NCBI RefSeq assembly: GCF_006345805.1
Contig: NC_043003.1
Location: 84,568,001-84,632,000 of the forward strand
Direction of reading: 5' to 3'
Length of the DNA stretch: 64,000 nucleotides
Source: Octopus sinensis
Lineage: Eukaryota
Shown here: positions 51,694-64,000 of the stretch, piece by piece
Layout of the letters: each line of letters starts with the position of its first letter
Position numbering within the stretch: the first letter of the stretch is position 1
Notes under the pieces: model-generated
Database searches by the model: none
Seen by the model: only the letters and a program-made list of their open reading frames with translations
What the model was told of the DNA's origin: nothing
Made by a program: the position numbers and the translations under genes

Positions 51694-52024
51694 CATTCCG
51701 TCGGTTACGACGACGAGGATTCCAGTTCATCCGATCAACGAAACTGCTGGTTTTGTGAAATTAATAAAATAAACGTGCATGGGACTGAGCACTCCACGGA
51801 CACGCGAACTCTTAACGTAGTTCTCAGGGAGATTCAGCGGGACACAGCATGTAACGAGGATGAGCCTTTGAAATGCAGGTACTACTCATGTTTGGCAGCT
51901 GGGTGGAGTGGTACAACATGAAATAAAATGTCTTGCTAAAAAAAACATAACCTGCCACCAGGAATCGAACTCACGACCTTGAGATCGTGAGCCGAATATC
52001 CTAACCACTAAGCCATGCGCCTTC
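51694..52024 (-). mobile_element. Family D SINE
   Basis: Homologous to 47391-47693 and 62979-63288. Confidence 0.8.
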
Positions 52025-52194
52025 GCCGTTGCCGAAGCTCCAATATAACTGACAACCTGAAAGTGAAAGAAAACTTCTAGCAACGCACAGCTAGTAATTT
52101 CTCTTGCTTCCCAAATTGCAGCAGGGGTTTTATGATTCCTTGTCAAAAGCGCCTCAACGTATACTCCCCAACCATGATGGCTCTGTAAGCAGCA

Positions 52195-52465
52195 TCAGTA
52201 ACAGCAGCTATAACAGCAACAACAGCAGCAATAGCAACTGCAACAACAACAACAATAACAGCAACAACAACTGTAATAAGAACAACAATAGCAGCAAACA
52301 CAACATCAACAGCAACAACAACAGAAGCAGAAACCACCACCACTACAGTAGCAGCAACGGTGACAGCAAAAGTGGCAGCAACAATGCCAAAAGACACAGC
52401 AGTAGCAGCAGTCGCAGCAACAGTAACATTAACAATAACAACTACAAGAACAAAATCAATCAAGC
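52195..52465. repeat. Degenerate (CAA/CAG)n trinucleotide tract
   Basis: Direct reading. Confidence 0.85.
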
Positions 52466-52980
52466 GTCAATGAGAGCGCTTCTACGTGGTCGCTCACACT
52501 GCTAGATATAGCAACCTAATTTCTCTCAAAGTACACTCTAGCGTAAGATAATCCTAGTATCAGAAAAAAAAAATGAACATTATGGAATGCCCCAGCAGGG
52601 ATACCTTTTCTCATAGGTCTGCCTCATTATTGCTAATCTGTAGTTAAACAACAGACATTATTATTGTATAAAAGTTGTCAAAAAGCACTTGTATTCTCTT
52701 CCTCTAAATTTTGAGTTCGAATTCCGCCGGGAGCTGACTTTGGCTTCCGTCGCAGTAAAGTCACCAACAAATGTAACACAATTATGTATTTATTGAAATA
52801 GGTCAATGGAGGGGACTATATCTACCCGCTCAGGAAATATGCTTTATATCCAGTTATAGAGATTCAGTAATAAAGAGGTGTAGATGAATCTCGGTCCGCT
52901 TCGAGGATGAGTATGCGGTTGTTCGATCACTTGAACTGATTAATCATTGAATTGGCGGGTGAAGCGGATGAGTATTGCCA

Positions 52981-53368
52981 TTTTGTTATCTTTTACTTGC
53001 TTCAGTCATTAGATTGCGGCCATGCTGGGGCACCGCCTTGAAGGGTTTAGTCGAACAGATTGACTACAGTACTTATTTTAAAGTCTCCTTTATATTCCAT
53101 TTGTCTCTTTTTCCGAGCCGCTATATTACGCTGACATAAACAAACCATCACCGGTTGTAAAGCGATAGAGGGACAAACTCAAAGACACATGCACATATAC
53201 GACGGGCTTCCACACAGTTTCCGTTTAAGATATTTACTTATAAGGCATTGGACCGGCCGATATTATAGTAGAAGACATTTACTCATAGTACTGCGAATTG
53301 AAACTGAACCCGAAACCTCATGGTTGCAAAGTAAGCTTCTTAACCATACACCCAAGTCTGCACCTATA
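52981..53368 (-). mobile_element. Older family A SINE
   Basis: Diverged but collinear with the consensus. Confidence 0.75.
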
Positions 53369-53726
53369 AAACCATACTTGCGCCTATGCCCAGGATTTCT
53401 CACATACAAAATAGTATGGCACAGTATGTAACAAGCCTGAATTTTATGAGCTGCTGTTAAAATTTATATGAAGGGCTTCCACACAGATACCGTCTACCCA
53501 TTTTCAATTACAAGGCTTGGGTCGATCTGAGGCTACGGTAAAAGACACTTAACCAAAATGTCACGCAGTGGGGGATTGAACTCGTGATATTATGATTATA
53601 AAGCGAACTTCTTAGCCATTTAACCATGTTATATTTATATAGAGTCACTAATGATATCTATTTTAAGCACAAAGCAAGTAATTTCAGGAGGGGATATCAG
53701 TCGATTACATCGATGCTAGTAGTTGA

Positions 53727-54127
53727 CTCTCTTTACTCTTTTACTCTTTTACTTGTTTCAGTCATTTGACTGCGGCCATGCTGGAGCACCGCCTTTAGTC
53801 GAGCAAATCGACCCCGGGACTTATTCTTTGTAAGCCCAGTACTTATTCTATCGGTCTCTTTTGCCGAACCGCTAAGTGACGGGGACGTAAACACACCAGC
53901 ATCGGTTGTCAAGCAATGCTAGGGGGACAAACACAGACACACAAACATATATATATACATACATATATACGACGGGCTTCTTTCAGTTTCCGTCTACCAA
54001 ATCCACTCACAAGGCTTTGGTCGGCCCGAGGCTATAGTAGAAGACACTTGCCCAAGATGCCACGCAGTGGGACTGAACCCGGAACCATGTGGTTGTTAAG
54101 CAAGCTACTTACCACACAACCACTCCT
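53727..54127 (-). mobile_element. Young full-length family A SINE inserted into a family C SINE
   Basis: Family C sequence runs ...GTCGATTACATCGATGCTAGTAGTTGACT | GGTAAATTATTTTATCGACCTCGAAAGG across the insertion. Confidence 0.9.
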
Positions 54128-54311
54128 GGTAAATTATTTTATCGACCTCGAAAGGACGAAAACCAAAGTTTATCACGTAGTTTCGAACACTAATCATAAG
54201 GGTCTGACCAAATTCTGTCATACATTTTGTCCAACGCACCAACAATTCGGCCGATCCACTGCTTTTATATACAATCAATAATTACTACTATAACACGAAC
54301 AGCCACGAGAC

Positions 54312-54391
<80 letters not shown>

Positions 54392-54661
54392 GATAGATAG
54401 ATAGAATGTGGACAGCAGAAGGTATGGAGAGAAGGGAAGAGAGAGAGGAAGAAAGTGAGGGGAGAAGAAAGAGAGAGAAAGCGGGTAGAGAAAGAGAGAG
54501 AGGCCGTGATATCTGTGAAACTGAAAAATCAAAAAGCTGGCGTCACTGAAATCAACTTTAAAATATCGAATGTGACCTTTGTTACGGAGACGTTAGCAAA
54601 AGACGTTTCGGTGACATATTGCCATCTAGTTAGAGGTCACACAGCTATGAAAATATATGTA

Positions 54662-54706
<45 letters not shown>

Positions 54707-56360
54707 ACTTACGTGTGTGTACGTGTGTATGTGTACATGCATGTGTGTGTGTATGCATGTGTGTGTATACATACCTACATACATACACACACACACTCAC
54801 ATATATGTATGTGTATGTATATACATGAAAACATAAATATGTATACATACATATACATACTACACACACACATGCGTATATCATGTGTGTATATATATGT
54901 GTGTGTGTGTGTGTGTGTACATATATATATATATACACACATGCGTATATTATGTGTGTATATATATATATGTGTGTGTGTGTGTGTTGTGTGTACATAT
55001 ATATATGTGTGTCTATATAGGAGAAAGAGGGAGAAAGTGAATAAGATCTCTGTGTGTGTGTTTGTGTATGCGTGTGCGTGTATGTGACTGTGTGTGTGTG
55101 TGTGTATGTACAGAACCATAAACATATTTACGTTTGAAAAGAAGGATTCGTTTTTCTTTTTTTCTTTTGTTTTATAATTTACGTACAGCACGTATAACTA
55201 CGAAAATCTGTCTTTTTACGAACAATACGCTTATATTTATTTATATAACAAGCACAATGCAGAATTCAACAAAAATTCTGAGCCTCTTTAGTAACGTAAT
55301 TTAATATTCCATGTGATTTTCTTTCTTTGGCGCAAAGTTAGCGCCAGACAACGGACTGGTAATAAATCGATAATTATCTCTGCAGGAATCAGGCATCTCT
55401 ACGTTGAACACTGCAACTACCCTTCTGGAGTGTGGTCGTTCGATCATCTTCCACAAATAACTGCGAAATCTTCCTCAAAGCACTGCCTTGTCGTATTAAA
55501 AGTAGAAAAGGAAGCTTCAGATAAATGTACTCCTTGTCCAAGTCCCTAGTTAAACAACGTCGAGAAAACAGGCAGGGTGGTCATGATTGGAGAGCCTGTG
55601 ATCATAAGTATTTTTTGGTTGGGAATGATCTGGTGCTATAAGATTTATTGAAGGTAACTCTCTATATGGTCGTTCGATTTGCTAGAAAGAGGTGATATAT
55701 TTTTAGATCATCAATTGTGTTAAAGGAAATGCGCATTTTTTGAAAGTGTACGGCTAAATCTTGATACCCTACGCAGGGAAAATATGGAATGGTTACGGTT
55801 GGAGAGGCTGTCATCATAGATTTGATTGACTGGGGCTAACCTGAAGACACACTGCAGTATGGATTAAGGAATAAAAAACAATGGGAATAACAAAAAAAAA
55901 AAAGAACAGGGCCTCTAGGCGATGGATCATTTTGCAAGAAATAGCAGTCAAATTTCCCTCATAAAACATTCTACAGGCTTAAGAGGGAGACGAAAGGGGA
56001 GTCCATATTGAATATTGTGAGTCCAGATATGATATATTAGATGTAATGATTGAATGGTCAAGGCTGGAGAGCCTTTTATCATAAAAGTCTGCACAATCAT
56101 ATATACAAACACACACACACACATATATATATACACACACACACTCACACACAGACATACATATGTCTATACATGTATTTATGTATGTATATATATGTGT
56201 GTGTATGTGTGTATACATACATATATACATACATATATGCATATATATGTGAGTGCATGTATGCATACACACACACACACATATATATATATAAGTATTT
56301 GAATGTGTGTGTATATGCGTGTGTGTTGTGTGCGCGTGTGTGTGTGTGCATGTGTGCGTG

Positions 56361-56391
<31 letters not shown>

Positions 56392-56966
56392 TGTTATATT
56401 TCTCATGCCCCACTATTTACCTTATAAACGGTGTACACATAGAATACTCGGAAAGATCTCGGCGCCTTTGCGCAACTAATGTAATACATAAATAAATAAA
56501 CAAACACAGATGCAAACAAACAATAAATAAATAAATAAATTGTGAGTGATAACGTCTGCAAGTGTTTTTCTATAGAAATCCTAAGACTGTCAGTTGGTTC
56601 CTCCTAGTTTTTAAACCGTTGTCTGGTTCTTTTACACTCAATGTGGACAGCATAACCGAATATCGAATTTCACAATAAAAATAACTAGAACGGATTATTT
56701 TCGTTGTATAGGTATGTATGTATGTATGTATGTATGTATGTATGTATGTATGTATGTATGTATGTATGTATGTATGTGTGCGTCTGTTTGTAAATGTGTG
56801 TGTGTGTGTGTTCACGCATGTGAATGTGATTGTGCGTGGGTGGGTGGAATTGCGTCTGCGTGTTGAAGATTTCGAATGTTGCGGTAGTCTCTAATGGAAG
56901 AATGTTTTGACACACGCATACACACACACACACACACACACACACATAACAAACACACATATATGA

Positions 56967-57004
<38 letters not shown>

Positions 57005-57573
57005 TCTGTGTATGTATTATATGTGTATATATATATGTATATACGACGTACGTATACATGTATGTATGCACGTATATATAAACGTACGTTGGATGAGTAT
57101 ACACGCACTTGTTTTAATGTGTGTGTGTATGTATGTATTCATCTTATATACGTACACATTCTTATGAATATTAATAGCCTAACCCTTATACATACATACA
57201 TACACACATACATACATACATACATACATACATACATACATACATACAACATACATACATACGTATATATGTATGTATGAATCTATATATAGACTCACAG
57301 ACATATATATATATATATATATTCGCACATGCGTGTACGTATTTGTATGAGTACTTGTTTATGTTCTCGCTGTGTTTACATTTGGGTATATGTTCATTTG
57401 CAAAGCGTAGCCACACATTATACAATGTATATCAATAACTAGCAATCTACATATCGATCGATCGATTTATCGATAAATCAAGTTATCAATCTATTGCATC
57501 TATATATAAAACTGCGCGTATCTGTGTGTCTATATGAATGTTTGTGTGTGTGTGTATATATATATATATATAC

Positions 57574-57638
<65 letters not shown>

Positions 57639-57907
57639 GATGGATGGATGGATGGATGGATGGATGGATGGATGGATGGATGGATAGACAGATAGATAGA
57701 TAGATAGAGAGAGAGATATGTAAGTATCTATATGAATGTATATAAGAATGTATATGCATATGTATGTGTGTACGTGTGTGTATATATATATGTACATATG
57801 AATAGTGTAAACAATGGCACATAAGAAAGTGAATCGTAAGAGGCATATCAAAACACAAGCGTATATTTATTTATATCTGCCTTTATGCATGTTTGTTTGT
57901 GTATGTA

Positions 57908-57941
<34 letters not shown>

Positions 57942-58021
57942 GTGTGTGTGGTGTGTGTGTGTGTGTGTGTATTGGTAGTTTTCTACGTCCCACTGTTTAC
58001 ATTGCGCTTTGCATTTGATGT

Positions 58022-58089
<68 letters not shown>

Positions 58090-58259
58090 GAATTTTCGTA
58101 AACAGCTCCACGGAAAAACACACACAAACTCACAAACACACAACACACACAACACACATACACACATACATACAAACACTCACATACACACATACGCAGA
58201 CACATACATAATTAACATCAAGAGAACATACATGCATAGACATACACATATACATGCAA

Positions 58260-58506
<247 letters not shown>

Positions 58507-58705
58507 GTGTATGATCATATATTTGTTATATATATATATCTACCCATATTCACACATGCACTCGTACAAACATATATACATACATGCATACATAGATTCA
58601 TGCGTGTATAACGTTTTTCTGTTTGCAGTATATTGTCATATTTTCGGGATATTAAGGAAAGCAATATGAAACAAATATATCTTTCCATTTTTTTCATCAG
58701 ATTTG

Positions 58706-58759
58706 TTAATTTCTGGAAGACGCATCATGGCTGCTATTTCCAGCAACACCAGCGACTGA
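58706..58759 (-). CDS. Candidate terminal exon (SVAGVAGNSSHDASSRN* in phase 0, or VSRWCCWK* in phase 1)
   Basis: Acceptor GCTTCTACACAG immediately upstream; unique sequence island; no homology known. Confidence 0.2.
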   Translation of the reverse strand, partial: SVAGVAGNSSHDASSRN

Positions 58760-58876
58760 CTGTGTAGAAGCATCCTTGTTGATATGTGTGTGTGTGTGTG
58801 TGTGTGGTGTGTGTGTGTGGTGTGTGTGTGTGTGTGTGCGTGTGTGTGTGTGTGTGTGAGTGTGTGTGTGTGTGTG

Positions 58877-58921
<45 letters not shown>

Positions 58922-59008
58922 CGACTGTGTAGAAGCATCCTTGTTGATGTGTGTGTGTGTGTATGTGTGTGTGTGTGTATGTGTGTGTGTGTATGTGTGT
59001 GTGTGTGT

Positions 59009-59047
<39 letters not shown>

Positions 59048-59132
59048 CCATGTGTAGAAAAGTAGGTTTTGAAAACATTGTCATGTTTAAAGGAAAATGA
59101 GAAAAATGGAAGCATATATATAGTTTTTTTAC

Positions 59133-59165
59133 CTTCTGTGTTTTCTTCGTCGTTCGACATTTCAG
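59133..59165 (-). CDS. Candidate 33-nt micro-exon
   Basis: TTCTATCATATATAG | CTGAAATGTCGAACGACGAAGAAAACACAGAAG | GTAAAA; length divisible by 3; open in phase 0 and phase 1. Confidence 0.25.
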
Positions 59166-59231
59166 CTATATATGATAGAAATTATTGACGTGCAGTGATA
59201 TATATTAACAAACAGAATATCTGGACTGACT

Positions 59232-59328
<97 letters not shown>

Positions 59329-59756
59329 GCAGACAGACAGATAAATGTTTGTCTTATCCTTCTAAAATTTCTATCATACACTTATGTAAACACAGTGGTA
59401 TACACACGGACACAAATGCGCGCGCGCGAATATACACACACATGAACATACATACATTCACATACTCATACACTCTCCCCCCCCCACGTACACACTCGTG
59501 TGTGTGTGTGTGTATGTGTGTGTGTGTTTATGTATGTTTGTGCTTGATTGTGTGCAACCCATCTCTTGCACCTTTACCTATCGATAAGCCCAATGATTGG
59601 TTGATCATATGGATGGCCCAGCCAATCAAAACCTAGAGTTAGGCGCAGAAGAAGGTTAATGGAGCAAAAGTTGAATCTCTGTTGTGGGACCTATACATAT
59701 ATACATACACACATACATACATACATACATACATACATACATACATACATACATAC

Positions 59757-59816
<60 letters not shown>

Positions 59817-60013
59817 TTATACATTGATGTTCATGCATTTACATACGTGGATACACACAGATACACATACATACACACACACACACACACACATACTTAC
59901 ATACACGTGTAAGTGCGTGTATTTTTGCAGCTCGTGTGTTTACATAGGTATATGTGCGTATGAGAACGCGCGTGTCTATATATGTATATAATTACATTAT
60001 ACATACGACTTAC

Positions 60014-60286
60014 TCTGCGACGCACCCCCTTCACCAAATTTCGATTGGAGATCATCATATTTTTAACGTCTTTCAAAATTGTCTGTCCCTCCAGCAGTGC
60101 TAATACTACCAGAGAATGTCTGGGCTCTTTTGATCGACACTGTAGCACACTTTCTCCCTACGTTATCCACAAAACCACCACACCAAATAGAGTGCAGATC
60201 TAAGCACTCCTTCCATGCAGTTAGCACTTGTTGCAGGTTTGTTCTATGATACCAGTTTTTATCTTGAAGAGTATTTAGATTTTCCT
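60014..60286 (-). CDS. Candidate exon (273 nt; or 144 nt from 60157)
   Basis: Acceptor TTCTGTTTGTAG, donor AGA|GTAAGT; non-repetitive, coding-like composition; one in-frame TAA in the long frame. Confidence 0.25.
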
Positions 60287-60740
60287 CTACAAACAGAACA
60301 TTTCATAAAGTAATCATCAGAATAAATCAAATGCCACGCAAAATCAGCTAATCTAACAAACTAATTAATTGCCCAAGTCAAAGAATAATATAACTACATA
60401 TAATACATATAATAAATTAATCAAAAACCACAGTATTTGAATATGCAAAGCATACATAAAGTGTGATTCAGAGATTAAATGCATGCACAATATATAGATA
60501 TATAATAGAATAAATTAATATGTCAAATACATCTCAAAATAAACTACAAAATGTATTATATCAAATCATAGATTTAACACTAAATGATGTTTTACAAAAA
60601 CACTAGAATTAACAACTTTTCAATCAATAACAAACCACAAACTTGTAAACATGCAAAACAAAAATTCCTAATGATTAATGAGGTTTATTAATCTGACTGC
60701 AAACATGAAAGTTGTAAACGTCATGACTTCAATGTAATAC

Positions 60741-60954
60741 TTTTCTACTCTGGGCACAAGGCCAGAAATTTTGGGGGAGGGGGCCAGTCGATTAGATCGG
60801 CCCCCAGTACGCAACGAGCACTTAATTTATCGATTCCGAAAAGATGAAAGGCAAAGTCGACCTCGGCGGAATTAGAACTCAGAACACAAAGACAGACGGA
60901 ATGCCGCTAATTATTTTGTCCGAGGTTCAAACGTTTCTGCCAGCTCGCCGCCTT
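60741..60954 (-). mobile_element. Family C SINE; further pieces on + at about 60980-61310
   Basis: Family C head, core and alternative tail. Confidence 0.8.
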
Positions 60955-61920
60955 GACTTCAATGTTATAACAGGGTCGACATATGGCGACGGACTGACAG
61001 AACCGTTAGAACCTCAGGCAAAATAATTAGCGGCATTTCTTCTGGCTCATTACGTTTTGATGTCAAGTTGCACCATGATTGACTTCGACTTTCATCTTTT
61101 CGTGGTCGATAAAATAAGTACCAGTTAAGCACCGTAGTCGATAGTCTCGTGCTCGTTCTCCAAATTTCAGATCTTGTGCCTATACTAGGAAGAATTATAA
61201 CGGTGACGTATGGCGGCGAACTAGAAGAATCGTTAAAACTTTAGGTAAAAAGCTTTGTGATATTTGTTCCGTCCCTCTACGCTCTGAGTTCAAATTTTAC
61301 CGGAACTGATTTTTTAAAAAAATACTAAATCAGGCTAGTGGACAGGCAAAGGTGTTAGAGGATCGATCACGATGCCTTGCAGCATTTGTTCCGGTTCTTT
61401 GCATTCTGGCAGCAACGACCGTGACGTCCATTGGGCCAAGCTGTATCAGCCCAAGTCAGCAGCCTTTCCTCTAGATAAAAATCGGTATCCCAGGGAAGGG
61501 AGTTTTGCATGCATGGGCAACTGCCAGGTTCAAAAAGATTTTATTGAGACCTCTGCGTACATGTGCAGATACGTTGTCAACCTTGAACGGTGGGGGCCGT
61601 ACAAATTGGATAAACGCACACAAACGCATAAATATATATGATAGGCTTCTTTCAATTTCCGTTTACCACATCCATTCACAAAGTTTTTCTCGGTTCGAGA
61701 CTATAGTAGAAGACACTTGCTCAAGTTTCCACACAGTGGCACTGGACCCAGAACAATGAGGCTTCTCACCACACAGGATAGTCTCTTCATATTTATAAAA
61801 GTCGAAGTATGTGTATATGTTAGTCAATCTGTCTTCTCTGAGAGTCCATGCGTTGATGCTCTTTTGCGTTCACCTACCTATATTTCTGTCTTTCTGTCGC
61901 TCTCTGAACCGTTAATATAG

Positions 61921-62443
61921 GTGAGCTGGCAGAAACGTTAGCATGCCAGGCGAAATGTTTAGCCGTATTTCGTCTGTCGTTACGTTCCGAGTTCAAATTC
62001 CGCCGAGGTCGACTTTGCCTTTCATCCTTTCGGGGTCGATTAAATAAGTACCAGTTTACGCACTGGGGTCGAAATAATCGACTTAATCCGTTTGTCTGTC
62101 CTTATTTGTCCTCTCTGTGTTTAGCCCCTTGTGGGTAGTAAAGAAATAGGTATTTCGTATGTCGCTACGTTCTCAGTTATTGTGGGCAATAAAGAAATAA
62201 GAAACGTTAGCACCGTTAATATAGGTGAACTGGCAGAAGCGTTAGCACGCCGGACGAAATGCTTAGTGGCGTTTCGTCTTTCTTTACGTTCTGAGTTCAA
62301 ATTCAGCCAAAGTCGACTTTGCCTTTCATCCTTTCGGAGTCGATAAATTAAGTACCAGCTGTGTACTGGGGTTGATCTAATCGACTGGCCCCCCTCCCCA
62401 AAAATTCCGGGCCTTGTGACTAGAGGAGAAAAGAATATAATTT
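61921..62443 (+). mobile_element. Two tandem family C SINEs
   Basis: Heads at 61921 and 62225; ACCGTTAATATAGGTGA duplicated at 61908-61924 and 62212-62228. Confidence 0.85.
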
Positions 62444-62747
62444 TAAATGTCTCTAACTTTAGTTCATTCTGGCAATAAGTTTAAATTACGTCTCCTCTCT
62501 TATATAATTGTGATGTCTCAACATCAATACTACAGCCTCACCTGTCGCGAATGTAGGACCACAATCACTGTAACTATTACAAGCATTATCCCTGCTAACA
62601 CTACCGTAACTAATAGCACCAATCTCCAACATCTTAATAACCATTACTACTTCATTAACAACCACTGATATCAATTTATATCATCATCACAATCGCAACC
62701 ATCTCCACCACAGCACTCAACCATCACCACGATCGTTTCCACTCTAA

Positions 62748-62782
<35 letters not shown>

Positions 62783-62929
62783 AGTATGTATGTATGTATG
62801 TATGTATATATGTATGTATGTCTACGTGTATCATTTTTACTATCTGTGTATGCGTATGAACACGCGCGCACGCACACATACATACATACATACATACATA
62901 CATACATACATACATACATACATCATACA

Positions 62930-62963
<34 letters not shown>

Positions 62964-62978
62964 CATACATACATATAT

Positions 62979-63288
62979 AAAGGCACGTGGTAGAGTTGTT
63001 TGGGCATTCGGCTCACGATCGTAAGGTTGTGAGTTCAATTCCCAGCAGTGTATTGTGTACTTGAGCAAGACACTTTATTTCACGTTGCTCCAGTCCACAC
63101 CACTCAGCTGGCAAAAATGAGTAGTACCTGTATTTCAAAGGGCCAGCCTCGTCACACTTTGTGTCACGCTGAATCTCCCTGAGAACTGCATTAAGGGTAC
63201 TCAGCCACTTGCACGTTAATTTCATGAGCAAGCTCTTCCATTAATCGTATCAGCGGGGACTTTCGTCGTCTTAACCGACGGAGTGCTC
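62979..63288 (+). mobile_element. Family D SINE
   Basis: GAGTTCAATTCCC B-box, CTTGAGCAAGACAC core, tail ending AACCGACGGAGTGC. Confidence 0.82.
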
Positions 63289-63389
63289 CTAGTATACGTA
63301 CGTACGTTCATGCATACATACATACATACACACACCATATATATATATATATGAAAGAAGGTTTGAAAATGCAATTTTAAAAGATGTTT

Positions 63390-63440
63390 ATTCACTTGAC
63401 CGGTTTCACTTTTTTAGAAAAAGATTGTCAAAAGTAAAAT
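63390..63440 (-). ncRNA. Minimal type I hammerhead, U3-A8 variant (left-arm copy)
   Basis: ACUU-UUGACAA-UCUUUUUCUAAAAAAGU-GAAAC-CG-GUC-AAGU; 6-bp stem II above a U-U pair. Confidence 0.6.
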
Positions 63441-63607
63441 GTAAAAACTTTGTAAAAGCTTTGTTGTGTAAAGTACTGGTTGTCACAAAATATTACAATA
63501 CATATATACATTCTTTTTCTTATTATTATCAAAGAATGTATATATGTATTTTGATATTTTTGTGATAACCAGTACTTAACACAACAAAGCTTTTACAAAG
63601 CTTTTAC

Positions 63608-63658
63608 ATTCTACTTTTGACAATCTTTTTCTAAAAATGTGAAACCGGTCAAGTGAAT
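63608..63658 (+). ncRNA. Minimal type I hammerhead, U3-A8 variant (right-arm copy)
   Basis: UUGACAA 63617-63623; GAAAC 63641-63645; GUC 63648-63650; stem I AUUC(U)ACUU pairs with AAGUGAAU. Confidence 0.6.
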
Positions 63659-63763
63659 AAACATCTTTTAAAATTGCATTTTCAAACCTTCTTTCATATA
63701 TATTTCCACTCGTGAGGTACCTTACAACTTCACTTTGTTATACATATATAATATATATATACC

Positions 63764-63884
<121 letters not shown>

Positions 63885-63894
63885 CATACATACA

Positions 63895-64000
63895 TACAGT
63901 GTGGGCCAAAAGTCGCGCTCAAAATAAGTTCAATAGGCTCCAGAATTGTCAAAGACATGCTTCAGTTTTTGTTTTTTATTAAAATTGAATAAAATCAATA
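63895..64000. mobile_element. Possible terminus of a Tc1-like element running out of the window
   Basis: TA-CAGTGTGGGCCAAAAG directly after a TA-rich tract resembles Tc1 TIR starts; partner end not visible. Confidence 0.35.

Larger units (their letters stand above)
63345..63703. repeat. Inverted repeat with arms of about 172 bp and a 14-nt spacer
   Basis: Arms 63345-63516 and 63531-63703, about eight differences by eye; TA-rich flanks. Confidence 0.93.

Noticed and set aside
52104-52505. Asn/Ser-rich ORF and the antisense Val/Ala-rich ORF
   Set aside because: Decayed CAA/CAG repeat; low complexity explains the open frames on both strands.
62551-62640. Transmembrane-like minus-strand peptide LVLLVTVVLAGIMLVIVTVIVVLHSRQ followed by GTGAGG
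   Set aside because: Lies in eroded GTN/ATN trinucleotide sequence that yields V/I/L by default; stops lie immediately upstream and the acceptor is poor.

Overview
AT-rich eukaryotic (animal) DNA made up almost entirely of microsatellites and decayed mobile elements. The SINE repertoire and the density of TA, CA, GATA and TATG arrays point to a cephalopod, probably Octopus (inference). I see no intact protein-coding gene, rRNA, true tRNA or CRISPR array, and nearly all ORFs in the supplied track are microsatellite translations. Recognisable content: (1) more than 40 tRNA-derived SINE copies from at least five head/tail combinations, several with clear target-site duplications (TSDs) and nested insertions; (2) LINE remnants of R4/Dong-type (RLE), RTE, CR1/L2-like and Tx1/L1-like clades; (3) mariner, maT and MITE remnants, including one mariner with both TIRs; (4) one LTR-retrotransposon pol fragment. 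The most interesting signal is a set of type I hammerhead ribozymes of the Penelope-like-element (PLE) kind. One has a canonical core (845-901). Two others sit inside long fold-back palindromes (8529-8922, 63345-63703), each carrying one ribozyme copy per strand; the two have different stems and flanks but the same compensatory U3-A8 core pair. Also flagged: a long decayed reading frame of unknown origin (about 11.8-13.1 kb) and a phase-consistent chain of three possible minus-strand exons near 58.7-60.3 kb. Coordinates were read by eye; boundaries of degenerate elements are approximate.
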